Origin: Zygnema circumcarinatum SAG 698-1b
Lineage: Eukaryota; Plantae; Zygnematophyceae
Reading direction: 5' to 3'
DNA length: 64,000 bases
Assembly (NCBI GenBank): GCA_037447605.1
Contig: CM074812.1
Location: 744,001 to 808,000, forward strand
Shown here: in pieces, positions 12,701 to 27,748 of the stretch
Layout: every line of letters starts with the position of its first letter
Numbering within the stretch: the stretch's first letter is position 1
Made by a program: the position numbers and the translations under genes
The notes under the pieces: model-generated
Seen by the model: only the letters and a program-made list of their open reading frames with translations
Databases searched by the model: none
What the model was told of the DNA's origin: nothing

Positions 12701-12801
12701 ATTCGGCGATCTATGCTCCAACGGAACGGAGCGGTGTCAGCGTTGAGGGAGACGGAACTGTGCAGCAGGGAGCGCCGCCCGAAGGGAGGGCGGCTCGCTA
12801 G
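5511..12801 (+). CDS. CSC1/OSCA (ERD4/TMEM63 family) hyperosmolality-gated Ca2+-permeable channel, OSCA2/HYP1-like N-terminus; ~14 exons
   Basis: Exons encode MNLSALLTSMGVNLGL..KQPMNARVYYPR, SGLDAVIFLRVF, LWAHTIATYLF, PAAFVTFKSRWGAAVAAQT, WTTEWAPEPRDVYWRNL, GFLPGLLLKLF, IPAKATFFMTFCMVDGWAG, YAVISPLLIPF and IINVYEPAYESNGQMWP. Stop at 12799-12801. Confidence 0.95.
5922..5996 (+). pseudogene. tRNA-like element resembling plastid/cyanobacterial trnH but with anticodon CTG; broken acceptor stem; inside intron 1 of the OSCA gene
   Basis: D stem GCCA/TGGC, anticodon arm GTGGA-TT-CTG-AT-ACCAC, T arm GCGGG-TTCGAAC-CACGT and 3' end CACTCGCC match the recalled plastid trnH pattern (GTAGCCAAGTGG..GGCAGTGGATTGTG..CCACC..GCGGGTTC..CGCC). 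The 5' acceptor strand does not pair. Confidence 0.7.
9510..9975. repeat. ~31-bp degenerate minisatellite (CCCTAAATTGAAAGCTTATAATCTTAAAGA-like) in an OSCA intron
   Basis: Roughly 14 degenerate copies, each starting with a CCCTAAA/CTCTAAA telomere-like heptamer. Confidence 0.8.
11450..11725. repeat. (GCAT)n followed by (CACGT/CATGT)n pentanucleotide microsatellite in an OSCA intron
   Basis: gcatgcatgcatgc..., gtcacgtcacgtcacgtcatgtcacgtc... seen directly. Confidence 0.9.
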
Positions 12802-12829
12802 GGGCACACGAGGGGGGGGGATGGGTCGG

Positions 12830-13003
12830 ATTAGGGTTTTAGGGTTTGAGGGTTTAGGGTTAGGGTTTAGGGTTTTAGGGATTAGGGTTGTAGGGAGTTT
12901 TAGGGATTTTAGGGCAAGGGTTTTAGGGATTTTAGGGTTAGGGCTTAGGGTTAGGGTTTGAGGGTTTTTAGGGTTAGGGTTTAAGGTTAGGGTTTTAGGG
13001 TTA
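12830..13003 (+). repeat. Degenerate interstitial telomere-like array (TTTAGGG/TTAGGG/TTTTAGGG) just downstream of the OSCA stop
   Basis: Seen directly. Confidence 0.9.
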
Positions 13004-13368
13004 ATATGGGAAATGGTGTTATCTCTAACACTGTGCAGGTTTTTCTTGTTTTTTAAGAAGCTCCCTTGCTTCAAAAATGAATCAGACATTCTGGTCATGA
13101 TATTTTGTGACTTATTTTGAGTTCTGTTCGAACTGCAACCATGCAACCTTCGCTTTTGCTGCTCTCAATTCTCGCGTTCCAAAACATCGAATTGAAGGTG
13201 AAGGAATGAATGCATTCACTCGCCGGCCGCGCGCCGGCAGGGAGTCGGACCAGTTTTTTGGGAAAAACCAGACACCGGTCAAAAAAGGTTTCCCGCCGAC
13301 TCCGCAAAAATTAAATTCTATGTGGAAAATGCGACAATAAAACTGTAATTGACTTTTTTTAGGAATTT

Positions 13369-13532
13369 GTTATTTACACGCCTTTTTTGACTAGATACAC
13401 ATCGTTTTGGTTAAATGATAAGCCTTAAAATTCCTAAAGTCTGAGCGGCAACAAAAGGTGTGTAAATAGCCGAAAAAAGTGCGTAAATATCCAAAATTGA
13501 TGTATAGATAGCCAAAAAGGTGTGCAAACAGC
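13369..13532. mobile_element. MITE-like imperfect inverted repeat (~42-bp arms)
   Basis: Left arm GTTATTTACACGCCTTTTTTGACTAGATACACATCGTTTTGG aligns with the reverse complement of 13491-13532 (GCTGTTTGCACACCTTTTTGGCTATCTATACATCAATTTTGG). Extra subrepeats lie in the loop. No TSD was identified. Confidence 0.55.
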
Positions 13533-13699
13533 TTCCCATTTGTTTTTTAGTTTAAAACGGGGGCTGAAACGGAACGACAACTGGAGTTGAAACTGCGGCC
13601 GTCGCCGTTCCATGGCGGTCCTTCCTCGGCCGCTCTGGCGACGTGGCGCGCTGACAAGCCCGCCCTGACAACTGGCCGGCTCTCTCCCTCTCCCTCTAC

Positions 13700-13784
<85 letters not shown>

Positions 13785-14358
13785 TCTCTCTCACACACAC
13801 ACACAGACAACTATCTCTCCAGCATCGTGGGTGGAGGAGGCGGCAAGGTTTGGTCCTGCATCAATGGCAGAAAGGTTGGACAGCTCATGCAGGGCGGGAG
13901 AGAGAGAGAGAGGGGGAGAGGGAGAGTGGAGATGGAAGGAGAGAGGGGGGGAGAAAGCTAAAGGTTGAAACAGTGGAAAGAATGAGAGAAAGAGGAGATA
14001 TGGAGCTGAAAGTTAAGAGAGCAGCTGGTTGGGAACTTGCTTGAATCAAGCGACATACTGTTTTAAAAAAATGTTTACTTCCTCCTGCGCAGTGAGAGAG
14101 AGAGAGAGAGAGAGGCCGAGTGATTTGAATGCGTTGTCTTGCCACTTGTTTTTACCCATTATGGCAGCCTTCAGTCATTGCTTGTCCTTGAAATGCTGTC
14201 AACATTATCATCATCAGTGTTCTCAGCGTTTTGTTGCCCTGCTTCCAACTCTTGTTCCGTGGTCCAAGCCATTCTTAGTCACTTCTGCTTTCGTATTTTT
14301 GGGCGTGAAGTTGTATTGCTCGTCATCCTTGCCAACGATCAACCAAAATCTCTCTCTC

Positions 14359-14440
<82 letters not shown>

Positions 14441-15042
14441 CTTTCCCCCTTTCTCTCCTTCTCCCCTTCCACCCCTACTGCTCTCCCCCGGAATAGAGCA
14501 GCGTAGTGATGAGGATAGTGCAGACAGCCGCGCCGGGTTATGCATTATCACTATATTCGTCGAAATTTTTTGCGAAAAGCAGAGCCTCCAGTGTTTAAAT
14601 GTGTTGTGGCCCTTAGGTTAGCGCAGCTGATTAGTTTATTCTTTCTTATTCGAGTGGGAGTTTATTCGCAGAGAGGGAGGTGGGAAGGAGAGGGAAAGGG
14701 AGAGAAAGCGAGAAAGGGGGAGGGAGGGAGCGGGGGAGTTGAGGGGGGAGTTGGAGAGGGAGAGGAAAGGAGAGAGGAAGTTGGAGGAGTGGGGGTTGGA
14801 GGGGGAGGGTGAGCAAGAGGGAGGCAAAGGCAGAGGCAGAGCCAGTGGGAGATGGCGAGGGAGAGGCCATCTAATGCAATGGATATAAAATAAATATCGT
14901 CTGGTCTGGGCGTTGAAAGAGGGGATTATTGTGTCCTTTTCTTAAGCTTAAAAGTTTAGAAACAATAATACAGGCAGTATACTTCCTGAAAAATATTGGG
15001 GTTTTTAGGTTACTTAAAGGGTGTCTTTCCTGTGTCTTGCAG

Positions 15043-18000
15043 AATACTATGCCGCTACTTTATGCATGGAGCTTGTAAGAAAGGCGAGGCTTGCCCATTC
15101 TCTCACAACTGGAGCGACCAGCCAAGCACTGTGAGTCAATAGTTTCTAAAGCTTTGGCGGCGGAGCGGTTAGGGTTTGGGGTTGTCAATCAGCATTGTTA
15201 ATGTGGTGAATGTTTTTTGCTGCCCGAGTTCCGACACATAGATAAGGGTGTGAACACGCTTGTACCTCTGCCGGAACTCGTAATTTTTTGGAGATATTTC
15301 GATTGTTTTTTTTTAGAAACTGCCTGCAACTTAGCTCAACATGGTCATCTTTTTCTTCGACACCTTACGGTAAGGCAAAGTTACAGAGTTGCTTCTTTCA
15401 GTTAAACGGGACGGTGCATGGATGCGGTGCAGGTCTGCACTTTCTATCAAAGAGGAATTTGTACTTACGGTGAAAAATGTCGATACGATCATGTGAGAGT
15501 TGAAAAGCCTGCCCTCGTGGGAGGGAGTAGTAGTGTTCTACCTCAGCAGGGAGAGGGAGGCCAAACCCACCCTCTAACTAACGGATCGTCAACTACCACC
15601 ACTCTCCCTCCCTCTGCACCCAATCAGGGCTCCCACAGCAGTAGAGGAACGGTTGGCTCTCCCTACCTTCCATTCCAAGCCCCTTCTCTACCACCCCTTT
15701 CGGAGAAACCCCTAAGAAACCCTAATTTGACGCTTGCCGGAATTCCTTCACCACGAGACTCCATTGAATACAACCTTCCAGCCACTCTTGATAGCCCCTA
15801 TGGCCCTTCCCCCCCCCCTGATGCTTGGTTTGGCGGCCCGGGGGAGTGGATAGCTGGAAATGAATTTGATGAAGGGCTTCCGGAAGGGGCATTTGGGGAT
15901 GGAGATGAATTTCCAGACGATGAATTTGAGGATTTTCAGAGGGAAGCTGCGGAATTTGCAGCAAAGGGAGCTGCTCTGAGGCAGGGTTTGGCTGGATTGT
16001 CTATTGAAGAGCCCACCCCCTCTCCCTCTCCCTCTCCCTCTCCCTCTCCCTCTCCGTCTCTCTCTGCTGGACATCAAGACCACAGAATTTCGCAGCACTC
16101 GCATTCGAGCTTGGCTCCTTACTATGATAGTAATAATGCCCTTCCTCGTGGAGGCATCACTGGAACACAAATATATGGGTCAAATTTGAATGATTCAAAT
16201 GCAAAAGTATACACAAAAGGAGGCCATGTTGCTTCGAATGTTCGTGGGGCTCCCCCCTCTGCTTGGATGAGAGGAGGTGGTTTTGCTTCTGCTGCGGAAG
16301 GGAGGAATGGGGCCGAAGTCAACGGATCGGATCTGCTCAACGGAGGAGAGGAGAGGTGGAACGGTACGGCAGAGAGAGAGAGAGAGAGAGGTGCGGGAGA
16401 GCTGAAGCCGGAAGAGGAACGCATTTGTGCTTTTGCGGCAGCAGGGAATTGCTTGAAGGGGGAGAACTGCAAGGACCTTCATGGAGATCGCTGTAAGAGC
16501 TGTGGGAAGGAATGTCTGCATCCACATAGACCAAAGGTAAACCTTTTGTTATCCTGATCTCACTGTTAAAAAATAGCAAAATGTAAGGAAAAACGAGACA
16601 GAGAGAGAGAGAGAGAGAGAGAGGAAGTAGCACTCGGTTTTTGCTTTTCAAAAGTGTTTTCTCTTCCTGCCTTTGTGGGAACAAGAAGTGGCGGAAGGTT
16701 GCGAAACCTCGTACCCACCCCTTATCTTATATCTGCAGCAATCTGTCCCTTTTCTTTGAGACTCCAAAACCCCTAATAGCCTTAAGCCCAGCCTCTTCCC
16801 AGGAGCGAGAGGAGCACATCCGCACGTGCGAGCGGAACCAGCGCAAAGTGGAGGCCCTCCTCAAGAGCCAGGAAGTGGAGTGCTGCGTCTGCTTAGAACG
16901 AGTACTCTCCAAGCCTAAGGTGTCAGAGAGGAAGTTCGGAGTCCTTTCGAATTGCGACCACGCGTTCTGCATCGCTTGCATCCGCGGGTGGCGGGGAGCG
17001 AGCCAGGTGGCAGGGGGGATGGACCTGGACGGGGTCGTGCGGGCCTGCCCCGTCTGCCGCGTGGCGTCACACTTTGTCACGCCAAGCGTTGTGTGGTATG
17101 ACACGCCGGAGGAGAAGGAGGAGATCATCAAGGGCTACAAAAACAAGCTCAAGTGAGGGGATGCTCTCTTTCTCTCTCTCTCTCTCTCCCTCTCTCTCTC
17201 TCTCTCTGTGTCTTTCTCCCTCTATCTCTCTCTCTCTCTTTCTCTATCTCCATCTCTATCTATCTCTCTCTTTCTCTCTCACGCTCCCGTTCCCTCATCC
17301 TCCCCATCTCCCCCCCTCTTCCTTCCCCCTTCCCCTCTCCTCTCTTTCTCCCTCCCTCTCTTCCCCTTTCCCCTCCTCTCCCCCTGTCCCTCCCCCAACC
17401 TCCCTCCACTCCTCCCCCGTCCCCCCTTCCTCCCCCCTCTTTCTCTCTCTCTCTCTCCCTCTCCCTTTCTCTCTGCCCTCACTCCGCCCCCCTCGTTTCA
17501 TTTTCAAGAAAGGGTATTCCTGCATGGCAGTGATATCGATTGCCGGTATTTCGATTACGGAAACGGAAACTGTCCGTTCGGAACGAGCTGCTTCTACAGG
17601 GTGAGACATTGCTTCTCAGAGATACCTTTCAGCACTTGAAGGAAGAATGCCTTCGTGCTTTCATCCTTAGGATATAGAAAGGGGAGGTTTTCTCTTTCTG
17701 CTTTTTACTGACTTCAGCAGGAGGATATATCTGGAGTCTATCGGAACCATTGAAGGTTGGAGTAGAAAGACTATGTGTTAATTTATCAGAGCCACCTCCA
17801 AAAAACCAAGAACTGGTTGCAAATCCGCAACATAAAAATTTGATTAAATCTTGTTCAAATCAAGTCCTCCGGCACAATTCAATGTTTGGACGCACAGGCA
17901 CACATCCTAATTTTCCAACCAAAATGCTCATAGGTCCCCATTCTCCCTTATTTTATTGTTATTATTTTTTTTTTACTTGTTACTATTGTGATATTTTGTC

Positions 18001-18420
18001 CTGCAGCATGCGTATCGCGATGGGACGAGGGAGCAAGTCAAACTGCGCCATTTGGGGGCTGCTGATGGGTCCACTGTGATCGCTACTGACGTCAGGTGAG
18101 CTCTCATTGGCTGATTGGGGTCTTTGTTGTGGTGCCCTTGTCCCACTTCCCCAACATGCCAACGTATGTTTGTACGTGCCGTTAACCTCTGAACTCGGGA
18201 CATAAAGAGACGCTCAAGAGTCACATGCGTCACGCTGTTCAGTTCAACTCAGTTCCAGTCTTGTAAGGGGCCTTCAGAGTTTGTAGGGTTCTTATGACTT
18301 TTTGGGCTTCCAGATGTGTATGGGGGAGACAATATAACACTGATGTTACTACTGTGCTGAACCCTCTCCCTCTGCAGACTTTCAGATTTCCTCGCGCCGG
18401 TGATGGCCAACCGGAGGTAG
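15043..18420 (+). CDS. MKRN: Makorin RING/CCCH zinc finger E3 ubiquitin ligase; exons ~15043-15130, 15433-16536, 16804-17153, 17531-17599, 18007-18094, 18378-18420; short first coding exon upstream not located
   Basis: CCCH fingers [41 protein letters not shown] and [10 protein letters not shown]; makorin Cys-His motif [15 protein letters not shown]; [50 protein letters not shown]; C-terminal [32 protein letters not shown]. Confidence 0.95.
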
Positions 18421-18918
18421 GGGGAGAGAGGCTCTTTCGGCTTACTTCCTTTTTTGCTGATGGGACGACTTAAGTGATGTAGCGCAACATCGAGTTTTAA
18501 AAAGTAAATTTCATTCGGATAAATAATTCAGTATTGACCCTATGCTCTGCGGCTTGTTGTACGGACTAACTCTAATTCTTAGTTGATGCATAAACCCTGC
18601 TTCTGGTCTTTCCCTCTCCCTCTCCATCTCCCTGTTCCTCTCCCTCTCTCATCATTCGGATCTCTCATCTTTGGCCCCCTTCCTCGCCGTCTCTCTCTCC
18701 TCTCCATTCTGATCTCTCATCCTTTACAAGAGGGCATTCGCATTGCTTGCAACAAGTCAGTGTGATCACATTTTCATTGAACAAGGCAAGAATAATAATA
18801 GCCCTCTTCTACCACAACAAACAAGATTGACGAAACCTTACAGCACAAAAAAACAGCAGATTCCATTCCTTCCTTAAATTCCTACCCTAACCCTAAACTC
18901 TGAACCCTACATTTTGAA

Positions 18919-19252
18919 TCACCCCATGGGCGTGACTAGAGTTCGAACCAACTCTCCCTCCTTTTTGAGGACTTGCACGACAAGTGACACACGTGTGAGC
19001 TCGTGCCCTGACTGGGTCATAAGAGAAACCACGAGGAGGCCGACATTGTTCAAGGTCGTTGCGTGCACACTCGACAAGTCGAGTTTTGGGACTGAAAATT
19101 CCATCGTGTTGACTTCTCCATGCGCATAATCGCAAGGTGGGGTTCGACCTATCTGGGGGCCACGCCCGTCCCAAAGGAAGAATAGTATGTGAGTTAGTAT
19201 GTGAAGTGATGAGGGGATGATGGTGACGATGATGATGATGATGATGATGGGG

Positions 19253-19284
<32 letters not shown>

Positions 19285-19889
19285 GGGTGACGATGATGAT
19301 GATGATGATGGGGTGATGATGATGATGATGATGATGATGGGGTGACGATGATGATGATGGGGTGACGATGATGATGATGGAGTGATGATGATGATGGGGT
19401 GACGATGATGATGATAATGATGATGGGATGGGATGGGGTGCATATGATGAGGGCCGAGAAGGGTTCCATCACAGCACAGGAGACGAATGGAAGGCGCGAG
19501 TTGCCTAAGTGTGTGGGAAACTGTGAGTGTTTGAGTATGAGGTGAGGAGGGCTATGAAGGAATGTGTGCAGGCCTTGTGGAGAATGAAGTGGGAATGTGA
19601 TGCATGCCCCTCGTTTCGCAAAGCGATGTTTGAAGGGCGAGAAGGGGAGGGAGGGAGAGAGGGAGGGAGAGAGGGAGGGAGGGGAGGAGCAAGGGAGAGA
19701 GGGAAAGAGGGCGGAGGAACGACAGAGAGGGAGCGAGAGTAATGGAGGGAAGTGAGAGGCAGAGACAAACAAATGGGGAGGGTCGACACAAACAGAGAGT
19801 GAGAGAGCCTCTCATTTTCCTCCTCCCCCCCCCCCCTCTCTCTTTCTTTTGAAAGTAACAGAGAGGGGAAGGAATGAAGGACGGGGAGA

Positions 19890-19926
<37 letters not shown>

Positions 19927-20306
19927 AACGAGGGAAATTAAAGAGAGAGGGAAAGGGAGAAGTTGGGTGAAAATGGAAAATGAAGTCGAGTAGAGGGGGG
20001 TTTCAAGCGAGGCACAAAAAGAGAGAAAGAGGGAGAGAGAGGAGGAGAGAGCGAGGGAGAGAGACCGAGAGAGGGGGTGGAGAGAGATAGGGGAGTAAGA
20101 GCGAGAGAGAGAGAGAGAGAGACAAAGAGAGAGTGAGAGAGAGTCACCTCCACTAGCTGCCGCGTGTACACCGCGTCCGCCACAAAGGCCACCTCCCAAT
20201 GCCCGCGCGCCACGTCATCCTCCACCGCGAAATCCACTGCCACGTGGAGCCCGTCTGCCACGTGGCACCCGCTCGGCCCCGCCCGCACCCCCCGCACCGC
20301 CGCCAT
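18919..20306 (-). CDS. Small (130 aa) ASF1-fold-like beta-sandwich protein; exons 20306-20148 and 19152-18919
   Basis: A phase-0 GT-AG join gives MAAVRGVRAGPSGCHVADGLHVAVDFAVEDDVARGHWEVAFVADAVYTRQLVE|IGRTPPCDYAHGEVNTMEFSVPKLDLSSVHATTLNNVGLLVVSLMTQSGHELTRVSLVVQVLKKEGELVRTLVTPMG*. The alternating beta-strand pattern is collinear with ASF1, but canonical ASF1 signatures are absent. Confidence 0.75.
19205..19440. repeat. (GAT)n/GGGGT compound microsatellite in the intron of the ASF1-like gene
   Basis: Seen directly. Confidence 0.9.
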
Positions 20307-20607
20307 GGCCTAGCAGTCCCCTTTCTCGCACGCGCGATATATCGCGATACGCAGTCCGGACACAGATCCAGCTGACGCGGCTGTGCCACGTAGGATGTCG
20401 GTGGGCCCTGATTGGTGCACCGTCCGCCCACGTGGTCCAATAAGCGTGAAGGATCCAGAATTTCCGTACGGAAGCTTCTGGAACCTTCTGAAGCTGTCCC
20501 CTCAGATGTAGTCTTCAAGCACTCTGAGAGGTCTGGGAGGGTTCATAGTGCAAGGAGAGGGGGAGCCAACTTGGGGGAAATGAAGGGTAATTTGAGGGGA
20601 AAATGTG
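20307..20607. promoter_or_regulatory. Putative compact bidirectional promoter
   Basis: About 300 bp separate two divergent ATGs (20306 on -, 20608 on +). The interval holds site-II TGGGCC (20402), ATTGG (20411), G-box CACGTG (20429) and CCAAT (20437). Confidence 0.55.
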
Positions 20608-21616
20608 ATGGAGATTCCAAGGGCAGGCAGCTGGATGAATAAGAGGGTGCCACGTGTCTCTTTGTTCACTCTCGCGCTCTTCGTTTTAGTTGTTCCCTTC
20701 GCACTGCAAAGGGTAGTACGAGTAGAGGGAGAGGGAGAGGGAGAGGGAGGAGAGGCAGGCATGGCTGGTCGAGGTGAGCGGGAGGAGGGAGAGGAGGTTT
20801 TGGCGCTGCCTGATTCGGAGGAAGCGGTGGGGTCTACCTCCATTCCGGTGAACGAGGGACACGTGTCACTTGTCGATTCTCTCGGGCCGCTTGTAGTTCA
20901 GGTGGGCAGTCATGGCTATGGGGTCGCTTGCTTTCGAAATTCATCAAAATCAAGGAGAGATGAAGGGAGGGAAAGAGGGAGGGAGAGAGCGAGGGCTGCG
21001 GGGAAATGCACAACAGGAACAGGGAGAGAGAAAAAAGAGGGAGAGGGGGAGGGAGAGAAAGGGAGAGGAAGAGAAGAAGAGTGACCAGTCGAGGGTGAGG
21101 GAGAGAGAGAGAAACGAGGGAGAGGGAGAGGGAGAGAAAGGGAGAGGAAGAGAGGGAGAGTGACCAGTCAAGGGAGAGGGAGAGAGAGAGAAAAGAGAGA
21201 GTGGGAAAAAATGGGAGAGAGGAGATGGAGAGAAAGGGAGAGGAAGCGAGGGAGAGGGACCACTCAAGGGAGAGAGGGAGAGAGAGAGAGAGAGAGAGAA
21301 AGGAAGAGACAGGTGTAAGCCCCTTTAGGCGGAGAACAGGTCTCACTTTTTAAACTAAGGGAATTTGATGTGACCCAATGTGCTCGAATTCTTTAACTGA
21401 CATTTCAGGGCCTGTTTCTGCCTCCTTCAGGAAGACGGAAGGCTTCAGAGAATAACCAATTGGGCCAAAATGACGGAGGAGGAGAAGAAACGGACGGTTC
21501 GGATCATCACAAAGCGCAATCGGGAGCGTCTTCAACGGTTGAGATTGGCCGAAGGGTGGACCGCACCTCAGGAAGTAGGGGAACCACCCGCAGAAGCAAG
21601 GCAGGAGTTGAGATAG
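20608..21616 (+). CDS. ~159-aa uncharacterised protein with N-terminal signal/TM segment and conserved LGPLVVxxDGxLxRIxNWxxMTxxExxxTxRxIxKRN motif; exons 20608-20901, 21431-21616
   Basis: Phase-0 GT-AG join: ..VSLFTLALFVLVVPFAL..VLALPD..VSLVDSLGPLVVQ|EDGRLQRITNWAKMTEEEKKRTVRIITKRNRERLQRL..RQELR*. The motif is recalled from a small-protein family of fungi, stramenopiles and algae. Confidence 0.8.
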
Positions 21617-21879
21617 AACCCCACTTCCATGTTGTAAATTTTGGCATATTTTTAAAATATTCTCTTTATAGTTCAGCTTTATACCAGAACTTCAACACGT
21701 AGAAGCTTTGTACATCATAAGGCAGTCTCGCAGGTTAGGGTTAACATTATCTCATTTGTCTTGCTTTACATATGGACAAAAATTAAAAAATAGAAGGAAA
21801 TAAAGAAACCCTAACGCCTGCTTTGAGGTGTGCGCCAATGCTGCACGGAATTCCGTAGAACTGATGCCTGTCTGCCCCT

Positions 21880-25231
<3,352 letters not shown>

Positions 25232-27254
25232 GGTCGCCACGTGGCACTAGGCTACTGGCCTCCCGCTTTGTCGGTCCGTCGTGATTGGACGACTTGCCGT
25301 ACGTACGCAACGGACAAAGTGCGTCGACGAATCGTCGGGCGGCACGTGGATGTAGCATACGTCATGGCACGTCACGGTCCAGCTTCATTCAACCAGGTGA
25401 ATGAGTGCTGACGTGGGTCAACATTGCTGACGTGGCAATCTCGTCTTCTTCAAATCTCGTTTTTTCTCGTACCCGAATAGAAAAATGGGGTAAAATGCCT
25501 AAAAACGATATCCAGGCCACCAACCAGGTTACGACACGTGGAACCCCGCGCTCCAGAGGCGCAGCGCTTATTTGGTGCCCGTCCCGGTGGGCTCCCATCC
25601 CTCCCCATCCCTCCCTCGGCGTGTCATGCATGGCCCACATCGGCGACTTTCGCGGCTGGCTCTAGTGGTGCCGTGTTGTTGAGCCTAGATGAAGATTTCC
25701 ATGTATGGGCTTTCTCTTCGTCCTTGGGTCCTTTGTGAGCGCTTCCTCGTGGTTCCCCATGTTGATATTGTCCATGTCCACATTGGATGGCATCATCGCC
25801 ATGCGTGAGATCGATGCTGATGCTGGTCGATGCATCCTCATCTTAAGATTTCATCAATCAAAGTCTGCCACGTATACGATTCTGTCAACGTGGCAAGCTG
25901 TGATTGACTGCCGACAATCTGGTCAGTACCTCAATTCTGGTGCCTCACGGTTGATTCGTACACGCGTACCTTTTGTACGGTTGGAGTCGGTTAGGGAAGT
26001 ACAGTGCGTCAGTTGCGAAAACGCCAAAGCGCCGCTGTGATCACGGGAATTCACTTAGCGACAAATAGAGCCGAAAATCGGACGGTGCGTATCTCATTCG
26101 TACCCTTTTGTCGATCGGATGACAATATCCGGCGGACAAAACAAAGCCACGTGTCCCTCGGCGAGATCTACAGTAAATGAAGCGCTGATTCGTCGTTTAG
26201 CGGTCAGTTTTCAGCGTCGGAGGCCAAAAACGACATCGTGAGTCACGATTCGTGACACATTAGACCAAAGTTGACAATACTTTCAACCATTTTTTCTGCA
26301 ATTTTGCCTGAAACAATTTTGGACGATGACGTGGCGTAGAATTAGACGCGAAAAAGAACAGAAATCAAAAAAGAGCAAAAAGGTACAGCTTGTAGTTTAA
26401 AAAAAAAAAACAAGTGCGTTGGACTGATTGTGTCGCGTCGTGACTTGGTGCCGATGACGGAAACGGTTAGTACTTTGCACGGGCGGGTCCAGTGGTTATC
26501 GAAAATGACAAAGTCCGTGCCTAATGATCGACGGACCAGCGTTGATCTCGGACGGGGTTTTGGACGGACACGGTCATCCGTACAATGACTTTGGTCTAAG
26601 TGCGTCATCCCTATGAGATCCTACAGCGTTGAAAAATTGGTTTCGACAGACAATGCCAAATATTAGTTGTCGGGACGACCCCAAAAGTTTTAGCCAGCGA
26701 CCGGGAAAGTGAAATTTAAAAATTGTCAAGAAGATCAGATCTACACTCTGAAACCAAATTAAATACACCATTTTGACTTCGGAAGAAAACCTTGTGATGT
26801 TTGCTTAGTACGCAATCTACACCAGACAAATTGAATATTTTGAAAATAAAGAAATTAGAGCCACAGAATTCGCGCATACAATTTTTTTTTCCATTCCAGA
26901 CGAAAAACGTCTCAACGACTAAACATTTTTTCCGCTGCCCGTATTTCGTGTGGTCCCCTCCAAACGTCCCTGCCGCCCAGTGGCTCCAGAGATCCATCCC
27001 CCCGAATTGTACGGCCCCCTTTTCTCCGTACGCCTTTCTTCAAGCAGGACGACCATCAGACCATCTTCCGTACCACCGTACAAACGGCAATATGACCGGC
27101 TTTTGGTACCGTACGGACGACAGAGACGATTCAAAGTCTCCGTACAGTAGGGGGTCCACCCTGGTTCCGGCCAATATGAGGCGAAAATATTAATTTTGCA
27201 TATATAAGGTTCGTGTTACGAATAGACGGGTGGTATTATGTTAGAGTTCATGTT

Positions 27255-27476
27255 GGACCGTACGTATCGTACAGTATGATATCGTACCATATCGTACTGT
27301 ATCGTTTAGTATCGTATCGTATCGTGCCATATCGTGACGCATAGACGTAGTTTTCCGCTCTGTTGTTCGTCTCAGCTCGTACGGCTCGTACGGACAATAC
27401 CATATCGGGGCGTTTCATATCGTATCGTCTAGTATCGCAAAAATATCGAAGCGGATCACTTGCATCGTATCGTATA
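27255..27476. repeat. (GTATC)n-rich low-complexity repeat, possibly a MITE end, running into an assembly gap
   Basis: Repeated GTATC/ATATC pentamers. Confidence 0.6.
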
Positions 27477-27748
27477 NNNNNNNNNNNNNNNNNNNNNNNN
27501 NNNNNNNNNNNNNNNNNNNNNNNNNNNNNNNNNNNNNNNNNNNNNNNNNNNNNNNNNNNNNNNNNNNNNNNNNNNNNNNNNNNNNNNNNNNNNNNNNNNN
27601 NNNNNCCTCCCTCCCTCCCTCCCTCCCTCCCTCCCTCCCCTCCCCTCCCCTTCCCCCTCCTCCCCTCCCCTCCCCTCCCCTCCCCCCTCCCCTCCCCTTC
27701 CCCCTCCCCCTCCCTGCTGACACGTAGCAAGTCCTCCATCCTTTGCAG

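Noticed and set aside
14540-14870. Candidate makorin start exons (ATG 14540..AG|GTTAGC at ~14616; ATG ~14852 MARER)
   Set aside because: Neither can be supported without transcript data, so the start is left unassigned.
25860-27250. Possible gene or autonomous transposon in the PURU upstream region
   Set aside because: Only short ORFs without motifs, and no TIR/TSD or Helitron ends could be established by eye.
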